DNA of 64,000 nt from Cenococcum geophilum (GCA_050273025.1 CP158635.1:10230001-10294000); one strand, 5' to 3'; numbered from the stretch's first letter, positions 13,456-28,205 are shown. Notes: generated by a model not told the origin, from the sequence alone. Program-made: numbers and translations.

Positions 13456-16400
13456 TGTTAGCGACTTAGTCAATCGAGGCACGAGCACGGCAAGAGGGAC
13501 GCGTAAGCCTATACGATTGGTAGTCTATAAACGAAGATCTAAAGCTAGAGAAAGGAAAGGAGACAAAGGGCGGCGCCGCTCAACGTTATATACGATCCTC
13601 TAGTTATATAACGGCAACTATCTAGAACTATATATAACTGTCTACAACTATCTATAACTATCTATAACTATCTACCATAATCTACCGGTTTCCACTAGTG
13701 CTGTAACATTACCCCCCCCCTTTAAAAAAGCCTACCCTTAGGCTTTATACGTCCGTATTATGTCCATAAGGTATTCTTATCTTTATGCTTAATAGGCAGC
13801 TTATCGTCTTCGCTATTTTAGCACTCTATTTACTTATTAAGGTACTTTAGGGGTCTAGGTTTATTGGGGTAACAACTATAGAATTCCTAAAGCTTATAGG
13901 GGCTACCTATAAAGTTCTATATAGGGTACTAAGTAGGGTCCAGGTTATACCCTTTTTAACTAATATAATATTTTAACATTCCCCTTACAAGCTTGCAGGC
14001 TAGTATTTCTTTAATTTCCTATTTATCGTCGCCATTGACTTAGATTGGCAGGGGAGGTTTATTCTTTTGTCTAGGTAATAGGTTATTTATAGCTTTCCGT
14101 AGTTTATCCGGAGAGAAAATAGGGTAAACTTTAATTAAATCTAGGAGCTTTACTTTATACGCGTTGCCTATCTTTTTAAGAACCTTATATAGTCCTACTA
14201 TCTAATAGTCTAGCTTACGGCTAGGTCGTTTTATCTTCTAGTTCTTTATTATAACCTAGACCATATCTCCTACGGCAAAGTTAGGCTCTCGCCTATGTTT
14301 ATTCGCCTACTATTGCATTAATTTTTAAGCCTTTTCTAGATTCGTATGGGCTACTATTTAGGCTTCTTCTAAGCGCTTAGCGTACTGCTAGGCTTCCCTA
14401 TAAGATAGTTTTTCGCGTACAGTCTGGGGTCCTTCTGGTCTTTCCTAGTTAAAGCTTATGTGGGGTAAGTAGCCTATTTCTAGCTAGATAGGGGCAAATC
14501 CTATAGAATCGTAAGGTAGGGTTGCTTGGGCGTAGTCTATTAGGGGTAATAGTTCGGCCTAGTTATTTTAGAAGTAGTTAATAAAAGGCCGAAGTCTCTA
14601 GTCTAAGTATTAATTTATAATTTCCGTCTAACTATCTGTCTAGGGGTGGTATGCTATAGAAAGCTTTAGCTTAATGCCTAAAATCTAGGTAAACTTATTC
14701 TAGAAAGCTAAAATAAATTGCGGCCTGTAATTGGATATAATAGTATCTAGTAGTCCGTAAATTCGGTAGACGTAGTAGATATATAGTTGGGCCGCTTCTT
14801 TAGCATTAATATTTTTATAATAGGGGATTAAGAACGGGCGCTTGTTAAAGCGGTTAACTAGGATTATAACTATATCGTATCCGTTACGGTCTGTAGGTAG
14901 TTTATAAAAGTCTATAGAGATATGCTGCTAGGGGCGTTCTAGTATTAGGAGTGGTTTTAATAGTCCTAGGGTCTTGCCTTATAGAATTGTAGATCTATAG
15001 CAGTTGTTATAGTTTTATATATAGCGGTTAATATCTATAACTATTCTAGGCTAGTAGTAGTAGTTATTAATAATCTTACGGGTTTTATTTTTTCTAGGGT
15101 AAGCTGTAGAGACCTGGGTATGAGCTTTGGTAATAAGCTAGGTCCGTAAGTTCTATTTTTTAGCTACTACTAGCCGTTCCTAGTGCTTAAGTAGTCCGTT
15201 TTTAAGGGACTATAGGCTAGTAACATTCTTTGCCTTTTTACGGTACTCTTATAGAGAGGGGGTCGTTCGGTTAGCCTATAGTAGTTTATTAATAAGGTTA
15301 AGTTTAGAGGAGTTAATAGGATATATCTTAGCGCCTAAGGAGTCTATGCTTAGTTCTGCCCGTATTTAGGGGTTAAGGTGTTCTGGTTATAGTAGCGTCT
15401 AGGTTTATAATAAGATCTTTATAGCCGTCTAGTTATCTAGGTCTTACTTACGCCTTATAAGAGCGTCCGCACGGTTTATAGCGCCTAGTTTATATATAAT
15501 TAAGAAGTTAAATTAAGATAGGGTATCCGCCTAGCGTGCCTGCCGGGCTATAAGGGCCTTAGTTATTATAAAGTATTCTAGGGCCTTATAATCTAAAACT
15601 ACCTTAATTAGCTTAGGGGTCCCCTTTAGCTATATACGCCAGTGCTAAAAGCTAGAGATAATAGCCAGCATTTCTTTATTATAGATGTGGTAGTTTAGCT
15701 TAGTATTTATTATAGTCTTTAAATAGTATATAATAGGGTGCCACTCTCTATTTAGTTGCTTTTAGGAAAAAACACTAGCTATCACGCCGTTTAAGGTATT
15801 AGTTTCTAGTATTAAGGGCCGTTCTAGGTTAAAATAGGTAAGTAGGGGAGCCGATACTAGCCGTTTCTTAAGCTTATTAAAGGCCTGCCTATATATAGCG
15901 TTAAAGTAGAAGGGCTGGTCTTTTTTAGTAAGATGGTTAAGAGGCTAGGTGATCCTACTGTAGTTCTTAATAAAGCGTTAGTAGAAGTTATAAAAACCTA
16001 AAAATAATTGTACCCCCTTTATAGTCCGTGGGGGTGCCTACTAGTTAATTACGGCTGTCTTCTTTAGGTTAGTTTTAATTCTGTTTATACTAATAATAAA
16101 ACCTAAGTATTTTATATGCTTAATACTAAACTCTAACTTTTTAATATTAATCTAGAGGCTAGCCTTATGGAGCCGTTATAGGACTTTATAGACGTGCTCC
16201 TTATATTCTAGCTCGTTTTTAAAGTAGATTATAATATTATCTAAATAGGCCGTATAGAAGTTGTTAAGGTAGTTAAAGAGTATATTGTTTATATACCGCT
16301 AGTACGTAGCTAGCCCGTTAGTTAGTCTAAAAAGGAGTACCTTATATTTATATATTCCGTAATAGGTCTAAAATATAGTAAGATCTTTAGACCTAGGGTT

Positions 16401-19400
16401 TATCCTAATTTGGTAAAAGGCCTAGCGGATATTAAGTTTTATAAAGACTTTAGCTCTACTTATTTGGGCCAGAGTCTTATTAAGTAGGGGTAGCGGATAG
16501 CGGTCCTTGCGGGTTATATTATTTAGCTTATAGTAGTTAATATAGAAGCGGAGTCCTCTATTTAGCTTTTTAATAAAGAGAATAGGTAAGGTAAAAGGGG
16601 CTTAGCTAGGCTTAATAAAGCCCTTATTTAGGTTATTAATAAAATACTACTTTATAGCCTATAATTCGGTAATAAACTGCTTATAGAGGGGGCTAAAGCT
16701 AAGGGTGTTTTCCTTGCCCTACTTAATCTTAATCTTATAGTTATACGGTTAGTAAGGTGGAAGTATATTAGACGCTACTTTAGAGAATATATCCTTAAAT
16801 TTCTGGTGTTAAAAGGGCAGCTTTTATTCTACTAGTTCCTTATCCATAAGCTCGCTTTCTTGTCCGCTAAGCTTACTTCCCTTTTCCTTAATTATTTAAT
16901 TAATTTTATATAACCTCGTTATAAAGGTAACGGTATTAGGCTAAACTAAGTTCTAGTAGAATCCTACGGCACTAATATAGCAGATATTAACTGGTAGGAG
17001 ATCCGCTGGTTTCCTTACAGCCGTTTTCTAGACTGTATTTTGTGGTTTAGGATTCATAATCTTTTTTAGCTCCTATTCTATTTTCTACAGATTATCCCTC
17101 TAATCTATTAGTTTAGTGTAACGTCCGATATCCCTTACTATTCTTTATAGCTATATAGGGCCTAAGCTCTCCATAGGGGGCTTTTTTAGGTCACTATTAA
17201 CTTCCTAGGTTTTTAATGCGGGTGGCGTAATATAGGTAGTCTAGGGGCGACGTAGTATACAGATCCGTTGCGAATTAAGCTATATATCTTTCTTAAAGGC
17301 CTAGTCCCTACGCATAGTATTGGCCTGGTAAATAGTATTAATCTAGGGCCGTATAAGGTTTTCTATTATAATGCTGATTTCTTTTATAAAGGAAGGGGTT
17401 AGGGGTAGGGTTTTTGGCTAAATAAGCCGTCTACTCCGTATGTCGAGCTATAAGCCTAAATAGGCTAGCTATTTTTGCCTTAAGATTATATTATAGCTAC
17501 CTAGGTCCGTAATAAGGAAGGGGACGTTATACTACCTTCATCTATTAACACGGAGGTAAATCTATAAGATAGTTGTGATGGGTAGCCCTATCCGCCCGTT
17601 ATACCCGCGGATAGGAATTAGTTTAGGCAGTTCTTTAATAGGTGCATTTAGAAAGTTAGCTAGCTTTACGGTATACTGGGTATCTATTAAGGTAAAGGCA
17701 TTTACTCTAGAGTTAGCTAAAGCAGAGGTTAAAACTTAGTATCTATTACAAAATAAAGTATAAGGGATAGTATAGCTTCTTCTATTAACTAGCCGACCTA
17801 GATTAATATCTGATATATTAATCCCTTTTAACCCTAGAGAGGAGTCTTCCTCTAGGGTTCCTCTTTTTCTAACTCTACGCTATCCTTCTGGATTAACAGG
17901 ACTTTGTCCGCTTTTACGTTTATTAGATAATTATTTATACAATAGCCTTTTTAACCATAAGAGAAGTAAGCTCCTTAATTACTAAGGGCCTATATATAGG
18001 CCGAGCATTTGCCAGACCTATAGCAGGGCTAACTATACGGCTAGCTGCTAAATTGGCGGCGGGCTATATAGGTAGTGCTATAGGGGTTGCCAATTGTGCC
18101 AGGGTATTATAGGCTGTTCTTATATTGCTTATGGTCTGATTTAAAGGGTTTCTGGCTTTATACCGTTTAGCGCATGCCTTAATTTAGCGGAGGCCTTAGT
18201 TAATAGCTAAGCACTAGTCCGTAAGTTCCTTTAGCGTCTATATAGTAGTAAAAACTAGCAGTATAGCTTGCTGCAAGTCTAGGGTAAGCTTATTAAATAG
18301 GTCTAGCATTAAATCTTCCTAGGGAATTCAAGCCTAGCTAGCTAGGTGTAGAAAGCGGGTCTAAAAGGCTAAGAAGGTCTCCGTTGTTTTTATATTTAGG
18401 CTTTTATAATTAAGTTAGGCGTTTTATACTTTAAAGGGGTCCTTATAGATAGAAGATAGGTATATAATTATCTCTTCTCTAGAGAGGAAGGGATCTGCTA
18501 AGTCCTATATATATTAAGGACGTAGGTGCGTCTATACGTCCCCGCTAATATAGCTAAAGACATAGGCCATTTTAGCCTAAGTAGTAGGGAAGTGGTCCAT
18601 ATTAACTTTAAGCTTATCCTATAATTAAAGCTTCTAATTATTAAATATAGGGTTAGTTCCGTTTATAAGTAATAGGGGGTCCGCGACCTTCGCGGACCGT
18701 AACAATACTAATACTATACGTTAGGCTAGGGCCTTAAGGACCATAGCAAGTCTCTAGGTGTTTAATAACTCTTCGCTAGGTATAAGGGGTTCTCTAGCTT
18801 TAAACAGCTCTCAAAGTTATTTAATTTTGGTATTAGCTACTATAATCTCTACCTAGGAGTTCAAGTTAGTTACTGTTTTACTATTAGAGGTATTTAAGGG
18901 TTCTGCGGCTGCTTTACCAGCCGCTATAGTTCTTAGCATAGTGATATAGTTATTAGGGTAACTTCTAGTAGGATTCTTACAGGGGTTTTAGTCTATGCGT
19001 GTTTTGTAAATCTTATTATTTTTTTCTATTCTTCTAGTTCTGTTTTGTTCTTTAAGTTCTGGTAATAGCCTTTAGGTCTACTTCTATGTTCTATTCTTAT
19101 TTATAGTCCGTAGATATTTTTTAAGTTCCTTCTTAAGAAGAAGAGTAGACGAGCTTTAGATAATATTAGTGACTTAGTTAATTAAGGCATAAGCACGGCA
19201 AGAGGGACGCGTAAGCCTATATAATTAGTAGTCTATAAACAAAGATCTAAAGCTAAAGAAAGAAAAGGAGACGGAGGGTAGCGCCGCTTAACGTTATATA
19301 CAATCCTCTAGTCACGTGACGGTAACTGTCTAGAACTGTATACAACTGTTTATAACTATCTGCAACTATCTGCAACTATCTACCATAATCTACCGGTTTC

Positions 19401-19416
19401 TATTAGTGCCGTAATA
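13456..19416 (-). mobile_element. Full-length Ty3/Gypsy LTR retrotransposon, family C copy 1, RIP-inactivated
   Basis: 253-bp LTRs at 13456-13708 and 19164-19416, TSD AGCAG, and a poly-C tract (minus-strand PPT) after 13708. Degenerate gag-pol on the minus strand is collinear with the copy at 22180-28193. Confidence 0.93.
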
Positions 19417-20179
19417 AGCAGTAAGCTCTATCTTTTAAATCTCTTTAATTCCAATATTTCTTTAGTAGGCTTATTAATTGGCGCCCATCTATACTTTTTA
19501 TTTATTATTTTCTTATTATAAGCTAATTTATTAATAAAGATAAACTAATCGCGTTTATAGCCATAGATTCGAATAATCTAGTCGTCCCTTAGGCCTAGGT
19601 TACGCTATTATGTAATTATCCTTATAACCTTTCTACTCTATTTTCTTTGCTTTAATCTAGCCGATAATATACTTCGTGCTACTATTATATTATATTTATT
19701 ATATAGAAACTAGAGCATCTCTTTAAAATAGGCGTCTAGACTATATATAAGGTATTTAAGGAGGCCCTAATTAGTACGCGTTTATTAGTAAAATTAATAT
19801 TAATATTACTACCTAACGTTATATATCTAGAGCATCATCTATAAGTAGTAGTAGCCTACTATTTCCCCTAATTGGTAGATTAATCTAGCTATACCTCTTT
19901 AAATTCGCCCTCTAGCGTTAAAGAGTAGAGTAAGGAACGTGGGTCTTAACTTTTATATAGAAGTTGTCGTAGCCGAGGTTAATTAGAGCTTGTATAATCG
20001 ACTTCTGTTTAGTTAACCAGGCGGGGTTACCCATGGCTTTAAATATAAGATAATAATAAGGCGATAGGTGGTGTCATGCGCGGGTACAGAAAAGTGGTTC
20101 AAACAGGTGAGGATTCGGTAAATTTCTGTGGTTGATCATGGTTTCTGACATAAACCCATCCTTTTCCGAAGCGACTGTA

Positions 20180-20649
20180 GCTTATGGACTTTTGGCGATT
20201 TTGAACATCAAAACTAAAGCCTCAAAATGCTCAATTGCATTTAATAAAAGGCATCACACACCATTATCTACGATATAAATAAAATGAAGCTTTAGTTTTA
20301 TAATCAAGGCTCTACCGCGACATTTTATAGTGTTTGTATTGGAAGCTCTACTCGATTGACTGCACGACGTTGCCCATATCCACGCCAACGTCCTCATCTG
20401 ACACCTCACCGTCGCTCGAATTGCTCTGCTCGTCGTCCTCTACCCCTACCTGCGTATTGACCTCTTCACCTACTCTTTATGCAGCTGCTTTTAAAGCCTT
20501 TGAATGAGCCGTTGCTGCCTCAAATGTAATAGTAGATGCCTCTGCCGTCAATTGCGCAGCGATCGCAGGCGCTTTGGCTGACTAAGCTTAAATAGGCAAG
20601 CGATAAGACCATCCGTCAAAAGCCCCCCAACCGTCAAAAGCCCATAAGC
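20180..20649 (-). mobile_element. Non-autonomous TIR DNA transposon (internally deleted, ~470 bp)
   Basis: ~18-bp imperfect TIRs (GCTTATGGACTTTTGGCG / CGTCAAAAGCCCATAAGC) flanked by TA on both sides. An acidic coding remnant (EDDEQSNSSDGEVSDEDV) lies on the minus strand. Confidence 0.7.
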
Positions 20650-20877
20650 TACGTTATATAAGCGAGGTGACTCCGTCACTGTCAGGTGAAACCTGAGTAG
20701 ATAGTTATATAGCCGCAAGGTACGGGCGACTCAGGGGCGACCCAGGGGTGACTCGCCCGTGAGGCACGTGCGCTGCACGTGCCTAGGGAAAACCCTTCCT
20801 TTTCCCTGTCTATACAATATACCCTATCTATATCCTTACCTCATAGTCACCTGATAAAAATAATAGTGTATATTATA

Positions 20878-20908
<31 letters not shown>
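20878..20908 (+). repeat. (TAT)n microsatellite within the pogo 3' region
   Basis: Direct reading of about ten TAT units. Confidence 0.85.
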
Positions 20909-20910
<2 letters not shown>

Positions 20911-21919
20911 GTTTAAATTTTTTATAAGAAAGTTATTATCCGTGGCCTATGTTACGGCTCCGTAACGGATCTAGTCAGGGGGCTCGCTTGAGCCTTGGCA
21001 TATGTATATAGACGTGTCCTTTTCCACCTTCCGCTCCTCATCTTGATATCCGGGTCCATAGACATTCCAATTGTACAGGCTTGCATACGTTCTAAACGGC
21101 GCTCGTGCCTCGATTGACTGAGTCGCTGTGACAGCCTACGTAGCTGCGCCTTGACCACCCACTTGAAGGGTAGGTGGTGGACATCTAAATCGCTAGGACG
21201 CCTCAATCGCCAGGGTTTAAAAGAATTGATTATAGCACTACTATAGTAATAATTATAAGTCTTCCTGCTGCTCGCGCGCATTATCCTATTTACTGTATTT
21301 ATCTATAGAGTTATTAAGAGTCTTAGGCTCTAGTGTTAGTGTTTTAACCTACTTTTTACGGCCTTCTTTTTATTAGCTATTTTTCTCTTTTTAGCCTATA
21401 AACAACCTTCTGTAACTGTAATTACCCTAAACTTCTGTATAACCTTTCTAGCATTAGCCTTCTGCTTTTAGCGTCGCTTATTCTTAGCCCTAGTCTCTTT
21501 TAGCTGCCATTTAAGAGATCTAAATGCTTAAAGCTAAATCTCTGCCCCGTATATATATTTCTATATAGCCTTATTTAGGTTTTTATTCTCCTACTCCTCT
21601 AAATTCTACCTAATATATTAAGCTAGGTCGCTTACCTACCTAAGTATTTTTAGTACTGTAATATTAATAGTTATTAACCATAGGTCCTTCTCTAGTATAG
21701 CCTTAGGTAGTAGAGGCAGTTTATTAAGTACCTTCTTTAGGTTAAATAGGTAAAGGCCGGTCCCTATAAATACCACTTTAATTATTACCTTCTTAAATAT
21801 GCGCTTTCGTACGTTAGAAATAAGGTAAAGAAATTCTATCTTATTAATCTTAAACGTGCTAGTATGGTAAGCCTAGTTTACGGCCTTGCCGTACTAGTGC
21901 TTAAATAGCTAAAATATAA

Positions 21920-24900
21920 TATAACCAACTACCGGTACTAAAGCTTACGCTACCTTATAACTTACTACCCTATTTCTTACGATTGTATATCTTACTACTT
22001 ATTTCTATTACTTATTTCTATTACTTATTTCTATTACCCTTTACCGACTAAGTGGCGATGTCTACAGTGGCAATTATGGATTATCGTTGTTAGCCTTTTA
22101 TAACTTACCTCGTGTATATATAGAGACTTTAGAGCTACATTTACAATTAAGTCGCTCGTTTAATTCCCATACTGCAAAATGTTAGCGACTTAGTCAACCG
22201 AGGCACGAGCATAGCAAGAGGGACGCGCAAGCCTGTACGATTGGTAGTCTATAAACGAGGATCTAAAGCTAAAGAAAGAAAAGGAGACGGAGGGTGGCGC
22301 TGCTTGACGTTATATACGATCCTCTAGTTATATAACGGCAACTATTTAGAACTATATAAAACTGTCTGCGACTATCTGCAACTATCTGCAACTATTTACG
22401 CCTGTCTATAACTATCTGCTATAATCCACCGATATCTATTAGTTTCCACCAGTGCTGTAATATTACCCCCCCCTTTGAAAAAGCCTGCCCTTAGGCTTTG
22501 TACGTCCGTATTATATCTATAGGGTATTTTTGTCTTTATGCTTAATAGGCAGCTTATTGTCTTCGCTATTTTAGTACTCTATTTACTCGTTAAGGTACTT
22601 TAGGGGTCTGGGTTTGTTAGGGTAACAACTATAGAATTTCTAAAGCTTATAGGGACTACCTATAAAGTTCTATATAGGGTACCAAGTGGGGTCTAGGTTG
22701 TACCCCTTCCAACTAATATAATATTTTAACGTTCCCCTTACAAGCTTACAGGCCAGTATTTCTTTAATTTCCTATTTATTGTCGCCATTGACTTAAATTA
22801 GCAGGGGGGGTTTATTCTTTTATCCAGGTAATAGGTTATTTGCGGCTTTCTATAGTTTATTTAAAGAGAAAATAGGGTGAACTTTAATTAAATCTGGGAG
22901 CTTTACTTTGTATACGTTGCCTATCTTCTTAAAAACCTTATACGGTCCTACCATCTAATAGTTTAGCTTACGGCTAGGTTGTTCCGTTTTTTAGTTCTTT
23001 ATTATAACCTAGACTATATCTTCTACGGTAAAGTTAGGCTCTCGCCTATACTTATTCGCCTACTATTATATTAATTTCTAGGCCTTTTTTAGATTTATAT
23101 GGGCTACTATTTAGGCTTCTTCTAAGCGCTTGGCGTACTACTAGGCTTCCTTATAAGATAGTTTTTTGCGTATAGTCTAGGGTCTTTTTAGTCTTTCCTA
23201 GTTAAAGCTTATATAGGGTAAGTAGCCCATTTCTAGCTGGATAGGGGCAAATCCTATAGAGTCGTAAGGTAGGGTCGCTTAGGCGTAGTTTATTAGGGGT
23301 AGTAGTTCGGCCTAGTTATTTTAGAAGTAGTTAACAAAGGGCCGAAGTCTCTAGTCTAAGTATTAATTTACAATTTCCGTCTAACTATCTATTTAGGGGT
23401 AGTACGCTATAGAAAGCTTTAGCTTAATACCTAAGATCTGGGTAAACTTATTCCAGAAAGCCAAAATAAATTACGGCCTATAATTAGATATAATAGTATC
23501 TAGTAGTCCGTAAATTTAGTAAACGTAATAGATATATAGTTGGGCCGCCTCTTTAATATTAATATTTTTATAATAGGGGATTAAGAACAGGCGCTTACTA
23601 AAGCGGTTAACTAGGATTATAACTATATTATATCCGTTACGGTCTATAAAGATATACTACTAGGGGCGTTCTGGTATTAGGAGTAGTTTTAATAGTCCTA
23701 GGGTCTTATCTTATAGAATTATAAATCTATAGCAGTTATTACAGTTCCGTATATAGCGGTTAATATCTATAACTATTTTAGGCTAGTAATAGCGGTTGCT
23801 AATAATCTTATAGGTCTTATTTTTTCTAGGGTAAGCCGTAAAGACCTGGGTATAAGCTTCGGCAATAAGCTAGGTCCGTAAGTTCTATTTCTTAGCTACT
23901 ACTAGCCATTCCTAGTATTTAAGTAGTCCGTTTTTAAGGGACTATAGGCTAGTAATATTCTTTACCTTTTTACGGTACTCCTATAGAGAGGGGGTTGTTT
24001 AGTTAATCTATAGTAGTTTATTAATAAGGTTAAGTTTAGAGGAGTTAATAGGATATATCTTGGCGCCTAAGGAGTCTATACTTAGTTCTGCCCGTATTTA
24101 GGGGTTAAGGTATTTTAGTTATAGTAGCGTCTAGGTCTATAATAAGATCTTTATAGCCGTCTAGTTATCTAGGTCTTGCTTACGCCTTATAAGAGCGTCT
24201 ATATAGTTTATAGCGCCTAGTCTATATATAATTAAGAAGTTAAACTAAGATAGGGTATCTACCTAGCGTGCCTACTAGGCCGTAAGGGCCTTAGTTATTA
24301 TAAAGTATTCTAGGGCCTTATAATTTAAAACTACCTTAATCGGATTAGGGGTCCCCTCTAGCTATATACACTAGTGCTAAAAGCTAGAGATAATAGCTAG
24401 CATTTCTTTATTATAGATGTGGTAGTTTAGCTTAGCATCTATTATAGTCTTTAAATAGTATATAATAGGGTGCTATTCTCTGTCTAGTTACTTCTGGGAA
24501 AAAATATTAGCTATTACGCTATCTAAGGCATTAGTTTCTAGTATTAAAGGCCGTTTTAGGTTAAAATAGGTAAGTAGGGGAGCCGATACTAGCCGTTTCT
24601 TAAGCTTATTAAAGGCCTGCCTATATATAGCGTCAAAGTAGAAGGGCTAGTCTTTTCTAGTAAGACGGTTAAGAGGCTAGGCGATCCTGCTATAGTTCTT
24701 AATAAAGCGTTAGTAAAAGTTGCAAAAACCTAAAAATAATTGTACCCCCTTTACGGTCCGTGGGGGTGCCTACTAATTAATTACAATCGTCTTCTCTAGG
24801 TTAGTTTTAATTCCGTTTATACTAATAATAAAACCTAAGTACTTTATACGCTTAATACTAAACTCTAACTTCTTAATATTAACCTAAAGGCTAGCCTTAC

Positions 24901-27900
24901 AGAGCCATTATAGGACTTTATAAACGTGCTCCTTATATTCTAGCTCATTCTTAAAGTAGATTATAATATTATCTAAATAGGCCATATAAAAGTTGTTAAG
25001 GTAGTTAAAGAGTATATTATTTATATACCGCTAATATATAGCTAGTCTATTAGTTAGTCTAAAAGGAAGTACCTTATATTTATACGTTCCGTAATAGGTC
25101 TAAAATATAGTAAGATCTTTAGACCTAGGGTTTATCCTAATTTAGTAAAAGGCCTAGTAGATATTAAGCTTTATAAAGACCTTAGCTCTACTTATTTGGG
25201 CCAGAGTCTTATTAAGTAGGGGTAGCGGATAGCGGTCCTTATAGGTTATATTATTTAGCTTATAGTAGTTAATACAAAAGCAGAGTCCTCTATTTAGCTT
25301 TTTAATAAAGAAAATAGGCGAGGCAAAAGGGGCTTAGCTAGGCTTAATAAAGCCCTTATTTAGGTTATTAATAAGATACTATTTTATAGCCTATAATTTA
25401 GTAATAAACTGCTTATAGAGGGGGCTAAAGCTAAGGGTGTTTTCCTTACCCTGCTTAATCTTAATCTTATAGTTATACGGTTAGTAAGGTAAAAGTATAT
25501 TAAATACTACTTTAGAGAATATATCCTTAAATTTCTGGTGTTAATAGGGTAGCTTTTATTCCACTAGCTCCTTATCTATAAGCTCGCTTTCTTATCCGCT
25601 ATACTTACTTCCCTTTTCCTTAATTATTTAATTAATTTTATATAAGCTTGTTATAAAGGTAACGGTATTAGGCTAAACCAAGTTCTAGTAGAATCCTACG
25701 GCACTAATATAGCAGATATTAACTAGTAGGAGGTCTGCTGGTTTCCTTATAGCCGTTTTTTAGACCATATTTTGCGGTCTAGGGTTTATAATCTTTCTTA
25801 GCTCCTATTCTATCTTCTATAAGTTATCCCTCTAATTTATTAGTTTAGTATAACGTCTAATATCCCTTACTGTTTTTTATAGCTATATAGGGCCTAAGCT
25901 CTCTATAGGGGGCTTTTTTAGGTTACTAATAACTTCCTAGGTCTTTAATGTGGGTAGTATAATATAGGTAGTTTGGGGGCGACGTAGTATACAGATCTAT
26001 TATAAATTAAGCTATATATCTTTCTTAAAGGCCTAATCCCTACGTATAGCATTGGCCTAGTAAATAGTATTAATCTAGGGCCGTATAAGGTTTTCTATTA
26101 TAATGCTAATTTCTTTTATAAAGGAAGGGGTTAAGGGTAGGGTTTCGGGCTAGATAAGCCGTCTACTCTATATATTAAGCTATAAGCCTAAATAGGCTAG
26201 CTATTTTTACCCTAAGATTATATTATAGCTACCTAGGTCCGTAATAAGGAAGGGGATATTATACTACCTTTATCCGTTAACACGGCGGTAAATTCGTAAG
26301 ATAGTTGTAATGGGTAGCCCTATCCGCCCATTATACCCGCGGATAGGAATTAGTTTAGGCAGTTCTTTAATAAGTATATTTAGAAAGTCAGCTAGCTTTA
26401 CGGTATACTAGGTATTTATTAAAGCAAAGGTATTTACTCTAAAGTTAGCTAAAGCAGAGGTTAAAACTTAGTATTTATTGCAGAATAAAGTATAAGGGAT
26501 AGTGCAGCTTCTTCTACTAACTAGCCAACCTAGATTAATATCTAATATATTAATCCCTTTTAACCCTAGAGAGGAGTCTACCTCTAGGGTTCCTCTTTTT
26601 CCAACTCCGTGCTATCCTCCTAGATTAATAGAACCTTGTCCGCTTTTACGCCTATTAGGTAATTTTTTATATAGTAACCTTTCTAACTATAAGAGAAGCA
26701 AGCTCCTTAATTACTAAGGGCCTATATATAGGGGTTACTATATATAGGCCGAGCATTTACTAGACCTATAGCAGGACTAGCCGCGCGGCTAGCTACTAAA
26801 TTAGCGGCGGGCTATATAGGTAGTACTATAGGGGTTGCCGATTATGCTAGGGCATTACGGGCCGTTCTTATATTACTTATAGTCTAATTTAAAGGGTTTC
26901 TAGCTTTATACCATTTAGCATATACCTTAATTTGGCGAAGGCCTTAGTTAATAGCTAAGCACTAGTCCGTAAGTTCCTTTAGCGTCTATATAGTAGTAAA
27001 AACTAGTAGTATAGCTCGCTATAAGTCTAGGGTAAGCTTATTAAATAGGTCTAGTATTAGATTTTTCTAGGGAATTTAAGCCTAGCCAGCTAGGTGTAGA
27101 AAGCAGGTCTAAAAGGCCAAGAAGGTCTCCGTCGTTTTTATATTTAGGCTTTTATAATTAAGTTAGGCGTTTTATACTTTAAAGGGGTCCTTATAAATAG
27201 AAGATAGGTATATAATTATCTCTTCTCTAGAGAGGAAGAGATCTATTAAGTCCTATATATATTATAGACGTAGGTACATCTATATATCCCCGCCGGTACG
27301 GCCAAAAACATAGGCTATTTTAGCCTAAGTAGTAGGGAAGTAGTCCGTATTAACTTTAAGCTTATCCTGCAATTAAAGCTTCTAATTATTAAATATAGGG
27401 TTAGTTCCGTCTATAAGCAATAGGGGGTCCGCGACCTTCGCGGACTATAATAATACTAATGCTATATATTGGGCTAGGGCCTTAAGAACTGTAGCAAGTC
27501 TCTAGGTATCTAATAACTCTTTACTAGGTATAAGGGGTTCTCTAGCTTTAAGTAGCTCTTAAAGTCATTTAATTTTAGTATTAGCTGCTATAAGCTTTAC
27601 CTAGGAGTTTAAGTTAGTTGCTATTTTACTATTAGAGGTATTTAAGGGTCCTATAGCTGCTTTACTAACCGCTATAGTTCTTAGCATAGTAATATGGTTA
27701 TTAGGGTAACTTCTAGTAAAATTCTATAGGGGTCCTAGTTTGTGCGTATTCTATAGGTCTTATTATTCTTTTCTATTCTTCTAGTTTTATTTTATTCTTT
27801 AAGTTCTAGTAATAGTCTTTAGGTCTATTTCTATATTCTATTCTTATTTATAGTCCGTAAATATTTTTTAAGTTCCTTCTTAGGAAGAAGAGTAGATAAG

Positions 27901-28205
27901 CTTTAGATAATATTAGCGACTTAGTTAACCAAGGCACAAGCACAGCAAGAGGGACGCGCAAGCCTATACAATTGGTAGTCTATAAACGAGGATCTAAAGC
28001 TAGAGAAAGGAAAGGAGACGAAGGGCGGCGCCGCTTGACGTTATATACGATCCTCTGGTCACGTGACGGCAACTGTCTGGAACTGTGTAAAACTGTCTGC
28101 GACTGTCTATAACTGTCTGCAACTGTCTACGCCTATCTACAACTGTCCGCCATAATCCACCAATATCCATCGGTTTCCACCAGTGCCGTAACACAAAAGC
28201 TTACA
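21920..28205. mobile_element. Solo LTR (family D, ~267 bp: 21920-22179 plus 28199-28205), split by Gypsy C copy 2
   Basis: Termini TATAA (RIP form of TGTAA) and TTACA, with the 5-bp TSD TATAA at 21915-21919 and 28206-28210. The pogo reading frame resumes on either side. Confidence 0.7.
22180..28193 (-). mobile_element. Full-length Ty3/Gypsy LTR retrotransposon, family C copy 2, RIP-inactivated
   Basis: 283-bp LTRs at 22180-22462 and 27911-28193 with TSD CAAAA. The internal region is collinear with copy 1. Confidence 0.93.

Larger units (their letters stand above)
1340..20177 (-). mobile_element. RIP-degraded Tc1/mariner (IS630-Tc1, DDE) DNA transposon in three fragments (~1340-1519, 13171-13455, 19422-20177), split by two retroelements
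   Basis: Joining the minus-strand fragments across the GTAAG TSD gives KYLPPYLPNFNPIK.SF..LKQWLR, the RIP form of the YLPPYSPDFNPIE motif. A CAGTCGCTTCGGAAAAG-type terminus (minus strand) ends at 20177 next to TA. The second TIR was not found, so the left limit is approximate. Confidence 0.8.
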
